Positions 10,466 through 19,528 of a DNA stretch of 64,000 nt are shown piece after piece. The stretch spans positions 138,328 through 202,327 of the forward strand of contig JBDHJS010000001.1 of the NCBI GenBank assembly GCA_039586795.1, given 5' to 3'. How positions within the stretch are numbered: position 1 is the stretch's first letter; every line of letters starts with the position of its first letter. Origin of the DNA: Gemmatimonadota bacterium (GTDB lineage: Bacteria; Gemmatimonadota; Gemmatimonadetes; Palauibacterales; KS3-K002). Both the position numbers and the translations under genes were made by a program. The notes beneath the pieces are model-generated. The model saw nothing but the letters and a program-made list of their open reading frames with translations, made no database searches and was not told the origin of the DNA.

Positions 10466-10502
10466 CAATCGAAGCAAACTGCTGAAGGACGTAACTCCAA
10501 GA

Positions 10503-10784
10503 ATGGCTGGCGAGATGCTAAAGATAAGAGTGATCGTGCCGGACACGTGGACCGAGAAGAAGGTTGAGCTGCCGACGGATACGGCGGTGGGCGCGATAAA
10601 GGAACAGTTCCTCGCTGAACTCCTCGGAGCCAGCGATGTCGATCCAGGCGACTACTACGTGGAGTATTTCGAGAAGGAAGTCCTGGATGAGTCGACCACG
10701 CTGGCCGATCTCGGGGTGGCAGAGAACGGCGTGATATCCCTCCGCCCTTACGACATGGATCATCCGCCGCCGTTCAAAGGCTGA
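10503..10784 (+). CDS. Small ubiquitin-like (beta-grasp, EsaB/YukD-like) protein
   Basis: KIRVIV...KVELP.D..VG.IK...Y.....EVLDES.TLADLGV.ENG.I.L pattern; 93 aa. Confidence 0.6.
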   Translation: MAGEMLKIRVIVPDTWTEKKVELPTDTAVGAIKEQFLAELLGASDVDPGDYYVEYFEKEVLDESTTLADLGVAENGVISLRPYDMDHPPPFKG

Positions 10785-10877
10785 AGATTCTGGGATTCTG
10801 GGTTTACGAGATTCAGGGCGTCTGGGAGCGGGTTCGCGGCTGAACCTGCGGCCAGACCGAATCGCCGAACCCCCGAT

Positions 10878-11609
10878 TCACCCAGGGCGCTGGCGACGCG
10901 AGTGGATCGCTGAGACGACCGGATAGGGCAGCGCTTTCATAACCCAGGCCATCAGGCGCCAGCGCCGCGTCACGTAGACGTGGCGTTTCTTCTTCTTTAT
11001 CGCCCCGAAGATCTGCTCAGCCGCCTTCTCCGGGCTCGCCACCCAGAACATGTCCTTTCGGCCCTGGGTCATCGGTGTCTCCACAAAGCCGGGCTTGACA
11101 TCGGTGACGGTCACGTCGACTCCCCGGCCATTCGCCTTGAGGCGTAATGCCTCGAGATAGACGGCGTCAAACGCCTTCGATCCTGAATAGGCGGCCCGCA
11201 GCCCCCTGATTGCCGCTATCGAAGTAATCCCGACGAGGTGGCCTGCGCCCCGTTCGACAAAGTAGTCGAGCGCCCGGCTGGCCATCGCGGCAAAGCCCTT
11301 CACGTTGACCTCAATGATCTCGAGCTCCTCATCCCAGTTCGGGTCGTGGTGGCCGACGCCGGAATTGACCACGATGAGCTCGACATCGCCCATCTCCTCG
11401 ATGAGCTCGACTAGACGGTCACGGGATTCCTGAGCCTGAGTCAGGTCAATAACCTTGACGTAGCTCTCTGTAGGTAGCTCGCTGGCCAGTTCCTGCATCA
11501 GAGGCTTGTTTCGACCGGCCAGTCCCAACTCGTAGCCGTTCTGGGCCAGAACGATTGCCAGGGCCCGTCCGATGCCGGTACTGCTACCGATGATGATCGC
11601 TTTCTTCAC
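10878..11609 (-). CDS. Short-chain dehydrogenase/reductase
   Basis: IGSSTGIG, VVNSG, YSGSK (YxxxK), VKPGFVETPM. Confidence 0.93.
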   Translation of the reverse strand: MKKAIIIGSSTGIGRALAIVLAQNGYELGLAGRNKPLMQELASELPTESYVKVIDLTQAQESRDRLVELIEEMGDVELIVVNSGVGHHDPNWDEELEIIEVNVKGFAAMASRALDYFVERGAGHLVGITSIAAIRGLRAAYSGSKAFDAVYLEALRLKANGRGVDVTVTDVKPGFVETPMTQGRKDMFWVASPEKAAEQIFGAIKKKKRHVYVTRRWRLMAWVMKALPYPVVSAIHSRRQRPG

Positions 11610-11627
11610 TAATATGCCCTTGTTGAA

Positions 11628-11750
11628 TGAGCGTTAGTTGTTGAGTGATCTAAGATTATTGCCTGCTGATCGACCTTTGAAATTGGGCTCTCGCAGGCCT
11701 GAGCGTCCAGAGGTCAACTTGGGTTCACAATCCTCAACACCTAACGCTCA
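11628..11750. repeat. Intergenic inverted repeat (18-bp arms, 17/18 match), related to 61998-62090
   Basis: TGAGCGTTAGTTGTTGAG at 11628 and CTCAACACCTAACGCTCA at 11733. Confidence 0.8.
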
Positions 11751-11821
11751 ATCCTCAATCATCACGGTATTGCACAGCCCTCTACGCGCGTCCGGGCCCA
11801 TATGCTAGATTCAACGGCACC

Positions 11822-13267
11822 ATGAACAGCTTTGAAGAGCTCAAGCTCGATTCTGACCTCCTGAAACGACTCGAGGAGCTTGGCTACCGCCAGCCGACGG
11901 CGTTCCAGGAAGAGGCCATCCCGGCGATCGCCCGGGGTACGAGTGGCGTGGGCGTCGCGTCCGCAGGCTGCGGCAAGACTCTGGCCTACGGACTCGGGCT
12001 GGCCGGCCGTCTCGACATAGGAGACCCGGACCCGCAAGTGCTCGTGCTTCGCCCGACGGACGATCAGGCCGTCGCGACCGCAGACGCCTTACATCGGCTT
12101 CTCGACATCCGCGGATTAGAGATCGTCAGCCTCAGCGCCGGGCCGCAGCATGGGGCCCAGCTCGCCGTGGCTAGTCCCGCTGCCGCTCTGAACGCGCTCC
12201 AACACTCCGCGATCAAGTTGAGCGCCGTTCGGTCGCTGGTCGTGGACGGCGCTTCGTCGATGCTCGAACTCGGTGCGAGTGAGGCCCTGGAAACGCTGAC
12301 GGCGCAGATCCCGAAGGACGCCCAGCGCGTGCTGCTGACCAGCCGAATGACACCAGAGGTCGAGGGGTGGATCGATCGGCACGCGCGCCGAGCGCGCCAA
12401 TTCACCTACGCGCCAGCGGAGCCGAAGCCTCTGGCCGGCGCCGACGTACAATACTGGTCCGCGCCGCGAGACTTCTGGCTGCCAGCACTCCTGGGTGTCC
12501 TGACCGAGATGCACAAAGGCGGTGATCGGGTCGTGAGCATCCACTGCCGTCGACCATCTGAGGCGCTGGATCTCACAAACCGACTCCGCGTACGCGGGGT
12601 CAGCTTCGCCAGCGCACCCGAGGAGCCAGGTATTTGGATCGAGGCCGGCTTTCCCGGCCCCAGTCCGCGGGGTTCCCTCTCCGTCTCGTGGGGCGTTCCA
12701 CCAGACTACGTCAGCTTCCACGCCCGTGCAGCTGATTCGGAACGAGCCCTGATCTTCCTGGAGCCTTCTGAGTTGTCTCACCTGCACCGCTTGGCCGAAT
12801 TGGCATCAGTGAGGCTGACCGCCCTGCGGTCCGACCCGCCACCGGAGGCGGCCCACTCCGTTCAGCAGACCCGCGATGAGCTCCGCGAGGCCGTTCGGGA
12901 GCGAGATCTGGAGCCCTATATGCTACTCCTGGAGCCACTGCTCGAGGAGTACACGCCTTCGCAGATCGCCGCTGCCTCCATCGCCTTGCTCCGCGATCGG
13001 GCTCCGGTGACACCGGAAGAGCCTCTGCCGGCGTGGACGCGCCTGTACTTCAACGTCGGCCGCCGGGACAACGTCCGCCCAGGCGACCTGGTAGGCGCGA
13101 TCACCGGCGAGACCTCAATCGGCGGCGATGCCATTGGCCGTATCGAGATACGAGACAACTACACGTCTGTGGAGGTAGCGGCTACGGTGGCTGAGAAGGT
13201 GATAAAAGGGCTGGCGTCCGCGACGATACGGGGTCGACCCGCTAACGTAAGGCTACTAAGGGAGTAG
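11822..13267 (+). CDS. DeaD/CsdA-like DEAD-box helicase homolog with degenerate motifs and C-terminal DbpA-type RNA-binding domain
   Basis: Q motif GYRQPTAFQ, motif I AGCGKT; DEAD replaced by DGAS; C-terminal RLYFNVGRRDNVRPGDLVGAI..IGRIEI. Confidence 0.85.
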   Translation: MNSFEELKLDSDLLKRLEELGYRQPTAFQEEAIPAIARGTSGVGVASAGCGKTLAYGLGLAGRLDIGDPDPQVLVLRPTDDQAVATADALHRLLDIRGLEIVSLSAGPQHGAQLAVASPAAALNALQHSAIKLSAVRSLVVDGASSMLELGASEALETLTAQIPKDAQRVLLTSRMTPEVEGWIDRHARRARQFTYAPAEPKPLAGADVQYWSAPRDFWLPALLGVLTEMHKGGDRVVSIHCRRPSEALDLTNRLRVRGVSFASAPEEPGIWIEAGFPGPSPRGSLSVSWGVPPDYVSFHARAADSERALIFLEPSELSHLHRLAELASVRLTALRSDPPPEAAHSVQQTRDELREAVRERDLEPYMLLLEPLLEEYTPSQIAAASIALLRDRAPVTPEEPLPAWTRLYFNVGRRDNVRPGDLVGAITGETSIGGDAIGRIEIRDNYTSVEVAATVAEKVIKGLASATIRGRPANVRLLRE

Positions 13268-13281
13268 AACTGTGCGGATCA

Positions 13282-13315
13282 GGGGAAGAAGGCCCCTACA
13301 CGGACCTCCTTCCCC
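13282..13315. terminator. Imperfect hairpin between convergent genes
   Basis: GGGGAAGAAGG...CCTCCTTCCCC; no clear U-tract. Confidence 0.45.
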
Positions 13316-13328
13316 CGGGTCCTTGGAC

Positions 13329-13616
13329 CTACATGTTGACCCCGTCCTTCAGGCCTTTTCCGGGACGGAAGGCCGGTGATGTCGACGCAGGAATCTGGAT
13401 CCGTTCGCCCGTACGCGGGTTGCGACCCATGCGCGCGCCACGCTTCCGGGTCTCAAACGTCCCAAACCCGGTGATCTGGACCTTCGCACCCGACCTGAGC
13501 GCTCCGGCAATGATGCCGCCCGTAGCGTCAAAGAGTGCGTCCACCGCGCGCCCGGCGTCGGCCTTGCTGAGGTTTGTCGCGTCAGCAAGCTTGTCGGTAA
13601 GTTCGGTCTTGTTCAC
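13329..13616 (-). CDS. hup: HU family DNA-binding protein
   Basis: MNKTEL, VQITGFGTFE, RMGRNPRTGE.I.IPA, P.FRPGK.LK; GAAAGGAG RBS. Confidence 0.96.
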   Translation of the reverse strand: MNKTELTDKLADATNLSKADAGRAVDALFDATGGIIAGALRSGAKVQITGFGTFETRKRGARMGRNPRTGERIQIPASTSPAFRPGKGLKDGVNM

Positions 13617-13819
13617 CACGAAACTCCTTTCAAATAGGTGAATTTTGATCGACGACAAGGGCGAAGTTGGCTCTACTGTATAGAGTAAACCGCGGATTCG
13701 TCAAGGGAAAAGCTAGGCAACATGCGGATGATCGCCGCTTGGCGCCCGGCAAAGCCGGCGTGAAGGACGGGACCTCCAACGCAACGTCGAGTCGTTAACT
13801 CACTGTTTCATAATAACTT

Positions 13820-13853
13820 ACGGTGCCCACTCCAGGTTCGGCGTGGGCACCGT
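13820..13853. other. 11-bp-stem hairpin downstream of the cohesin operon (possible terminator)
   Basis: ACGGTGCCCAC-N12-GTGGGCACCGT. Confidence 0.5.
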
Positions 13854-13939
13854 TTGTATACAACATCACGTTTTTCGCGGACCGGCTGCCTGAGGCCGGA
13901 AATCGCCGAAAACCGGCTTCCAGCGCCGTTTTCAGCCCA

Positions 13940-15070
13940 TCACTGCACCGTGAAACTGCCCAGGAAGGGCCCCAGTCCGGTCAACGTCCCGCCTTGCGGA
14001 TCGGAGAGCACGACCGCGTTCGCGGTCAGAGTATGGCCGCCCGTGGCCGCCCCGCCGGCGACGGTCACCCAGACATTGACGATCGCCCCCTGCCCTTCTG
14101 TTACGGCATCTCCGCCGCTGTCGAACAGAAGGACTCGGACCTGGCCCGCCTGTATCTGGTTGAACGGCGTGCCATCCATGCTGGCGGCGCGTCCTGTCAC
14201 GGTAACCGAGTCCACCGAGGCAATGACCGCGGGATCGAAGAGCATATCGAATTGGACCCCGCTAACGCTGTCGGCGTTGGCCAGAGCTATGGCGACCGGA
14301 ATCCCGGTGGCGCCGGCGCTACCGCTGGCGTCTGTGAGGACCAGGCTCGGCGTATCGGCAGTGACCGTGAAGTTCTGGGTGGCGAGAGTGGAGCTGTTAC
14401 CCGCCAGGTCACTAACCTGAGCGCTTATCACGTTGCTGCCGGCGCGGAAGATGAGGGTGTCATCAACCGTGGTGGTCGCCTCACTTCCGGTGACGGCGAA
14501 CATCGGGAGGAGGCTCGTACCCGCCGTATATACTATCGATGTCGTGCCGTCGCTCCTGTACACACCGCCCACTTCGAGGCCGCTGGTAATAGACAGCGAT
14601 GAGCCATCGATACCGCTGCCACCATCGTTGAAAGCGACGGTTATGTCGAATCCCGTCTGACCCGCGGTCGTCGCTCCTGCCAGCGGTTGGTTGATCGAGA
14701 TGGCCGGCGGTGTCCCGTCATGGAGCACCTGCTGCGTCTCGCTGGCCTGATTGCCGGCGGCGTCGCGAGCGCTGACGCGGACCTGGTTCGATTGGTCGGC
14801 AGCCAGCGTGACCCGCACCGAGAAGCCGCCACTGTTGGTGGCCGTTCCGGTCGCCGTGTCCACCGGAGTCTCGACGGTGACCGATGCTCCGGGGTCCGTC
14901 GTACCGGTGACGTTCGGCATGAGCTGGTTCGTCGGGCTGGTCACCTGATCTACGGTGAGCGAGATCGTTGTATCGCCTGGCCCGGAGGGGCTGGTGCTGC
15001 ATGCGATCGTGATCCCCGCCACGACTAGGGCGACTAGGATGAACAGAACGGCCTGACGGTGCGCTGCCAT
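13940..15070 (-). CDS. Lipoprotein with Ig-like domains and C-terminal cohesin-like domain
   Basis: Lipobox ITIA-C; Ig-like ARDAAGN / VSDLAGN / DGTPPAISI; cohesin-like VAIAL.N...VSGVQFDMLFDP...GQVRVL...G.GAIVNV. Confidence 0.75.
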   Translation of the reverse strand: MAAHRQAVLFILVALVVAGITIACSTSPSGPGDTTISLTVDQVTSPTNQLMPNVTGTTDPGASVTVETPVDTATGTATNSGGFSVRVTLAADQSNQVRVSARDAAGNQASETQQVLHDGTPPAISINQPLAGATTAGQTGFDITVAFNDGGSGIDGSSLSITSGLEVGGVYRSDGTTSIVYTAGTSLLPMFAVTGSEATTTVDDTLIFRAGSNVISAQVSDLAGNSSTLATQNFTVTADTPSLVLTDASGSAGATGIPVAIALANADSVSGVQFDMLFDPAVIASVDSVTVTGRAASMDGTPFNQIQAGQVRVLLFDSGGDAVTEGQGAIVNVWVTVAGGAATGGHTLTANAVVLSDPQGGTLTGLGPFLGSFTVQ

Positions 15071-15156
15071 TGGCTTCCCTCCTGAGGCTACCGTCGCTCT
15101 TGAGCGACGGGGCCGTGGGCGATGACGGTCAAACGATCGTCGAGTCTAACCTCATG

Positions 15157-16125
15157 TTACAGCCGCGCCGCGAGAGATATGTGCGTCTCGTCACCCAACT
15201 GGTTGACGCCCAACTCGCGCGCGATGTCGAAACGGAATCGGCCGAGGGCAAGTCCAACGCCCACGGTACCGCCCGTGTTAGTGTCGATTAGCGTTTCCGC
15301 GATGTAGCCGCCGCGCAGAAACAGAATCCCGGCAGCTCCGAACTCGGCGCCAAAGAACTGACTCCCCGCCGACAGGTCGCGAAGTGCGTGCTCGAGGTCG
15401 ACCGCCAGCAACAGACTGAAGCGTCCTTCGGGCTGCAGGTGGCTGAGCACGTCATAGCTGGCGCCCAGTCGCAGCCTACCGGGTAGTGGGCTGGGCTCGG
15501 CGCCATCGATGCTGAGTCCCCGGCCGACGTTGAGTACGCTGGCGCCGATGTCCAGGGGCAGACTGACCGCCGGCCGCCACAGCAAGCCAGCGTCGAAAGC
15601 GAAGGTGTCCCCGGTCAGGTCGCCGCTGAGCTCACTACGCACCCACTTTGCCGTGAGGCCGATTCCGAAACGCGGTAGAATCTGGCGGCCGTACGAGAGG
15701 CCGAGCACGAGATTGCTCGGCGTGATAGTGCCCAGAGGCACGTCTGGCGAACTCGACAGCGTGATCTCGCCGAAGCTCTGCACGTTGGCGGAAACAGCGA
15801 AGACACCCGCTGACCCTACCGGCACGGCGACGGCAAGGTTGTTGAACCTGAAATCGAGCGGCCCGTCGTAATGCGATGCGAGCGGCTCGAAGTAGTCGAT
15901 CGTCCCGAGCGTCGCCGGGTTCCAGGGCACGCCCTGCAACTCACCGCGGATCGAGGCCGCAGCTCGCCCGATGCCCACCATGCGGGCACCCATCGGGGCC
16001 GTGAGGAACGCAACTTCGTCCTCGAATCCCTGAGCACCGACGGCGTCCGGCAGGCCCAGACCAGCCAGCAGCAGGGCCGCGCAGATCGAGCGTCGTCGGA
16101 GGGTAGCTGCGCTCACGAGCCGCAT
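15157..16125 (-). CDS. PorV/PorQ family outer-membrane beta-barrel protein
   Basis: FL..P.GAR.VG.G.A, WNPA.L, GLSYG, G.T.K, AFDAG.L, LP..LRLG, LRGGY. Confidence 0.8.
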   Translation of the reverse strand: MRLVSAATLRRRSICAALLLAGLGLPDAVGAQGFEDEVAFLTAPMGARMVGIGRAAASIRGELQGVPWNPATLGTIDYFEPLASHYDGPLDFRFNNLAVAVPVGSAGVFAVSANVQSFGEITLSSSPDVPLGTITPSNLVLGLSYGRQILPRFGIGLTAKWVRSELSGDLTGDTFAFDAGLLWRPAVSLPLDIGASVLNVGRGLSIDGAEPSPLPGRLRLGASYDVLSHLQPEGRFSLLLAVDLEHALRDLSAGSQFFGAEFGAAGILFLRGGYIAETLIDTNTGGTVGVGLALGRFRFDIARELGVNQLGDETHISLAARL

Positions 16126-16141
16126 CGTTCGTTCGTCTGCC

Positions 16142-18691
16142 TTAGCGGTTCGACACGATGAGTTTGCGCGTCTCGACCACAGTGCCAGCCCGCATGCGCA
16201 TCACGTAGAGTCCGGCGCCGACCAACGTGCCCCGATCGCTTCGCCCGTCCCAGCGAATTGCGTGACGACCTGGCGCGAGGTCCTCGGCCATCACCGTGCG
16301 TATCTTCTGGCCACGCACGTTGAAGACCTCCACGACCACGTGCACCGTTCCGCTTGAGCCGACGATTCCTGACTCACCCGACAGGGATGGCGTCGTTGGC
16401 TGCGGAATCTCCAGATCGAGCTGTGTACCCGATAGTCCGATAGGGTTCGGGTAGGGCTCGCTCAACCGGAACCGGTTCGGCATCGTTGTCAGCGTTGCCG
16501 TTCCCACGTTCGCGCTCCGGACGATGCCGAGCAGATCGGCGAGGCGCATCTGTGTCAGCTCGAGACCCGGGTCCTCGTCGTCGGAGCCCTGCATGAAGAC
16601 GGGCAGGCGCATCAACGGCCCTTCTCCGGCTGCGAGCACGTCGCCGGCCTCACCGTACACGAGCACGATCAGCTCGCCGCCGAGGTCGCGAGACTGTAAC
16701 CGGAAGCCGTTCGCCCGGTCCGTCAGCTCCGGTGTGCCTACCCGCACCCGGCCAGGATCGTACTCGATGCGCGCCTGGATCCCGGCTGTGCCGGTGCCCA
16801 GGTCTGCCTCGAGCATCACGGTCCTCTGGCCGGTGATCGGGTCGACGGGCGCCTCATCGAGGCGCGCGACTCCTCGCACGCTCGTTGCCGCCGGGGCAGC
16901 GGCGAGCAGCTGAGCAGGTCCAGGGCCGAGAATCAGGTTGACGATGCACACGACGTCGCCGATATCCAGCGAGGTATCCGGTGTGCAGTCTGCCGAGACA
17001 AACTCCAGCGCCGTGGGTGTGCTGATCTCGAGGATGAAGTCGACCAGCAGGACCACATCTGCGACGTTGATCACGCCGTCGTCGTTGATATCACCCAGGG
17101 TAGTCGGGATGACCTGACCGAACCACGTGCCCCATGTGCTGCTGGGGTCTTTCGCGTATTCGGCGAACATCCAGATGCGATTGCCGGCAGTGGGGTCGAG
17201 GGCGATTCCGTTGTAGTCACCCCACCGGTTCCGCCCGTCACTCGCCGTCCTTACATAGTTCGCCTCGCCCGCCTTCAATTCGGCGCTTGGCTGAAGCGCG
17301 ACATCGGTCGGCGTGCGACCCGTGTACCGGATGCCGATATACTCATCGGTACACGACTGGTTGTAGACGATCACCATGTTGCTGGCGGAGTCCGCCATGA
17401 TGGCCGGGTAGTAGAGCCAGCAGTCATCGCTGCCGAACGAGACGTCCTCCAACACCGTTGGTCCGGTAACGTCGATCCGCACGTAGCGCGCGCGCGCGAA
17501 CTGACCCGTGGCATCGGCTACGCTGTGGGCAGTCCATATCGAGCCGTCACGGTAGACGGCGTTCCGTACCCGCGGGCCGCCGACATCGATGGCCGTGGTC
17601 GAGCCGCCCAGTTGGTCAGCGTCGGGCGGCACGAGACGCGACGTGGTCGCGACGTTCGTTGCCGTCAGTGTCGGCGTAGGGCTGGTGGGATTGGTGAGCG
17701 ACCAGAGCGTCATCGTCGTGCCGGTAACGAACGGCGAATCATTGATCAGATACTCGACGCCCGGCGTGCCGAAGGTATGAGCCGGTCGCACCGTGAACAC
17801 CGAGACTGTCGTGAAGCTTGGATCGCGCAGGTCCCAGAAGTCGGTCCATGTGACTGCGGGACATGCCGGGTCGTAAAGTGTCGATTTAGGGAGGATGCGG
17901 AGCTTTACGTAACGGAATATTCCGTTGGTCCAGCTGAACTGGTTTCCGGAGATGTAGACGGCGTCCTGGTCGAACCCAACGCCCTGGTAGTCGATACCGG
18001 TGGAGTCCGGGGTCGTGCCGTTCGTGTTGCCCGGCATCACCCAGTTGCACCAGTTGCCGTTGGGGTCGGAGTCATCGGACACCGACACGAGGATCTCGGA
18101 GAACGACACGAAGTCGCCGGCGATCCACACCATGACCCAACGGTCGGCAAAGTGATCGTAGAAGACCTTCGGGTCGAACGCGTTGTTGGTCGGTGACACG
18201 TTGGAGTACCACGACCGTGCGTTTACCTGCTGGAGATTAGTGCCCGTCTTGTCAAAGATGGCGAATACCGTGTTCACGAGGCCCATCAAGTGATTGGGAC
18301 CGGCCGCCACGATCGGGTCCGGCGGAATGAATGAGGTTTGGTTAATGCCCGAAAAATCGGTCACGAGACCGGGCGCCCGAGCACCGGTTGGAGCTCGGAG
18401 CATGAGCAGTCGACTCAGATCATCCTGCTCGTTCGAGCCGACGGGCGCTGAACGCATCAGCCCAATCGGATCGGCCCTCAGATCGATGTGGTGCTTGGGA
18501 GCGCGCCAGATGTCGAACGGCGCCGACGGCGCCATGGCTGGAAACGACCCGGTGCTGGTGACCATCCCCGCCGCCGACGTGCCCTGCGCCGGGCCTTGAG
18601 AGGTCTGGGCAGTCGTCTCAGCGGGTAGCGCGATGACTGTCAGCCACGAAAGGACGATACCGACTGCTACCGCGTTTGCTCTCTTACCCAT
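16142..18691 (-). CDS. Secreted protein: unknown N-terminal beta-rich domain + dockerin + cohesin-like domain + FlgD-Ig/T9SS-type C-terminal domain
   Basis: Signal peptide; dockerin GDINDDGVINVADVVLLVDFIL...ADCTPDTSLDIGDVVCIVNLIL; TAGIQARIEYDP; PYPNP...VFNVRGQKIRT...WDGRSDRG..VGAGLY. Confidence 0.82.
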   Translation of the reverse strand: MGKRANAVAVGIVLSWLTVIALPAETTAQTSQGPAQGTSAAGMVTSTGSFPAMAPSAPFDIWRAPKHHIDLRADPIGLMRSAPVGSNEQDDLSRLLMLRAPTGARAPGLVTDFSGINQTSFIPPDPIVAAGPNHLMGLVNTVFAIFDKTGTNLQQVNARSWYSNVSPTNNAFDPKVFYDHFADRWVMVWIAGDFVSFSEILVSVSDDSDPNGNWCNWVMPGNTNGTTPDSTGIDYQGVGFDQDAVYISGNQFSWTNGIFRYVKLRILPKSTLYDPACPAVTWTDFWDLRDPSFTTVSVFTVRPAHTFGTPGVEYLINDSPFVTGTTMTLWSLTNPTSPTPTLTATNVATTSRLVPPDADQLGGSTTAIDVGGPRVRNAVYRDGSIWTAHSVADATGQFARARYVRIDVTGPTVLEDVSFGSDDCWLYYPAIMADSASNMVIVYNQSCTDEYIGIRYTGRTPTDVALQPSAELKAGEANYVRTASDGRNRWGDYNGIALDPTAGNRIWMFAEYAKDPSSTWGTWFGQVIPTTLGDINDDGVINVADVVLLVDFILEISTPTALEFVSADCTPDTSLDIGDVVCIVNLILGPGPAQLLAAAPAATSVRGVARLDEAPVDPITGQRTVMLEADLGTGTAGIQARIEYDPGRVRVGTPELTDRANGFRLQSRDLGGELIVLVYGEAGDVLAAGEGPLMRLPVFMQGSDDEDPGLELTQMRLADLLGIVRSANVGTATLTTMPNRFRLSEPYPNPIGLSGTQLDLEIPQPTTPSLSGESGIVGSSGTVHVVVEVFNVRGQKIRTVMAEDLAPGRHAIRWDGRSDRGTLVGAGLYVMRMRAGTVVETRKLIVSNR

Positions 18692-18825
18692 GTCACGCTC
18701 CAAGCGATTCTCTGTTTGTGTCCGTCAAGCTCGTACCAACGCCTGACTCTACTGTAGTCCTATCAGCTCCGCTGCGGCGCGTTTTGCGGCACACACAGCG
18801 CGCCAATACCCGGAACCCGCTGATG

Positions 18826-19338
18826 CTAGCGGGCGCCAGAATCGAATCTCATTTCGACCTGGGTGTATTCTCCCGGCCGAACGGTGAAAGGCAGGGGCTG
18901 AGCGCGGGGCTCGTGGACGAGCTGGGCGCTCTCCGGAATCAGTATGTAGTCACCGGGATCGAGCGAAAGTCGGAATCTCCCGTCTTCGCCGGACGAGATT
19001 GTCGCAACCGTATCACCGGATTCTGAGTGGCGGACCACCAAGCGAGTGCTGTACGGCCGGTCCGGGCAGTCCTGACCTTCCTCTTGGGCGGGACAGCGAG
19101 GCCCCAGAGTGACCAACCCCTGGACACCCGATTCCGAATCACTCTTGTTCGTCATCGCGTCCGCCGTGATCAACTCGTTTGCCGTGCCAGCCGTCTCATC
19201 GAGGTTCTCTTCCCCGGCAGCGCTCGGTTCTTCTACGGCATCCGGTACGTCTGGCCGCTCTTCGTCCCCCGACCGGCATGCGGCCAATCCAACCAGTAGA
19301 GCGAGGGCCAGTACTGGGCCGAGTTTTGGGAGCATCAT
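18826..19338 (-). CDS. Lipoprotein with carboxypeptidase-regulatory-like beta-sandwich domain
   Basis: Lipobox LAA-C; GP.CP......CPD.PY; DGRFRLSL.PG.Y. Confidence 0.7.
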   Translation of the reverse strand: MMLPKLGPVLALALLVGLAACRSGDEERPDVPDAVEEPSAAGEENLDETAGTANELITADAMTNKSDSESGVQGLVTLGPRCPAQEEGQDCPDRPYSTRLVVRHSESGDTVATISSGEDGRFRLSLDPGDYILIPESAQLVHEPRAQPLPFTVRPGEYTQVEMRFDSGAR

Positions 19339-19528
19339 TCCTCCGCGTGGCCTTCACGAACTGGAACGGCTACCAACTACGCCCCAGCCTACAGGGACGA
19401 ATGAGAACAGGGAGAGCGACAAGGTTTGCCGGCGACTACGGTCGCGGCGCATAAGTAGATCTCAATATAGTGCAAGCGTCGTTTCGGGACAGGGCCCGAA
19501 ACGACGGCGAAGGGGACAGGGAAGGTGC

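Noticed and set aside
13844..13860. sigma54-like GGCAC element near hup
   Set aside because: No GC at the -12 position and it points away from hup; it is part of a hairpin
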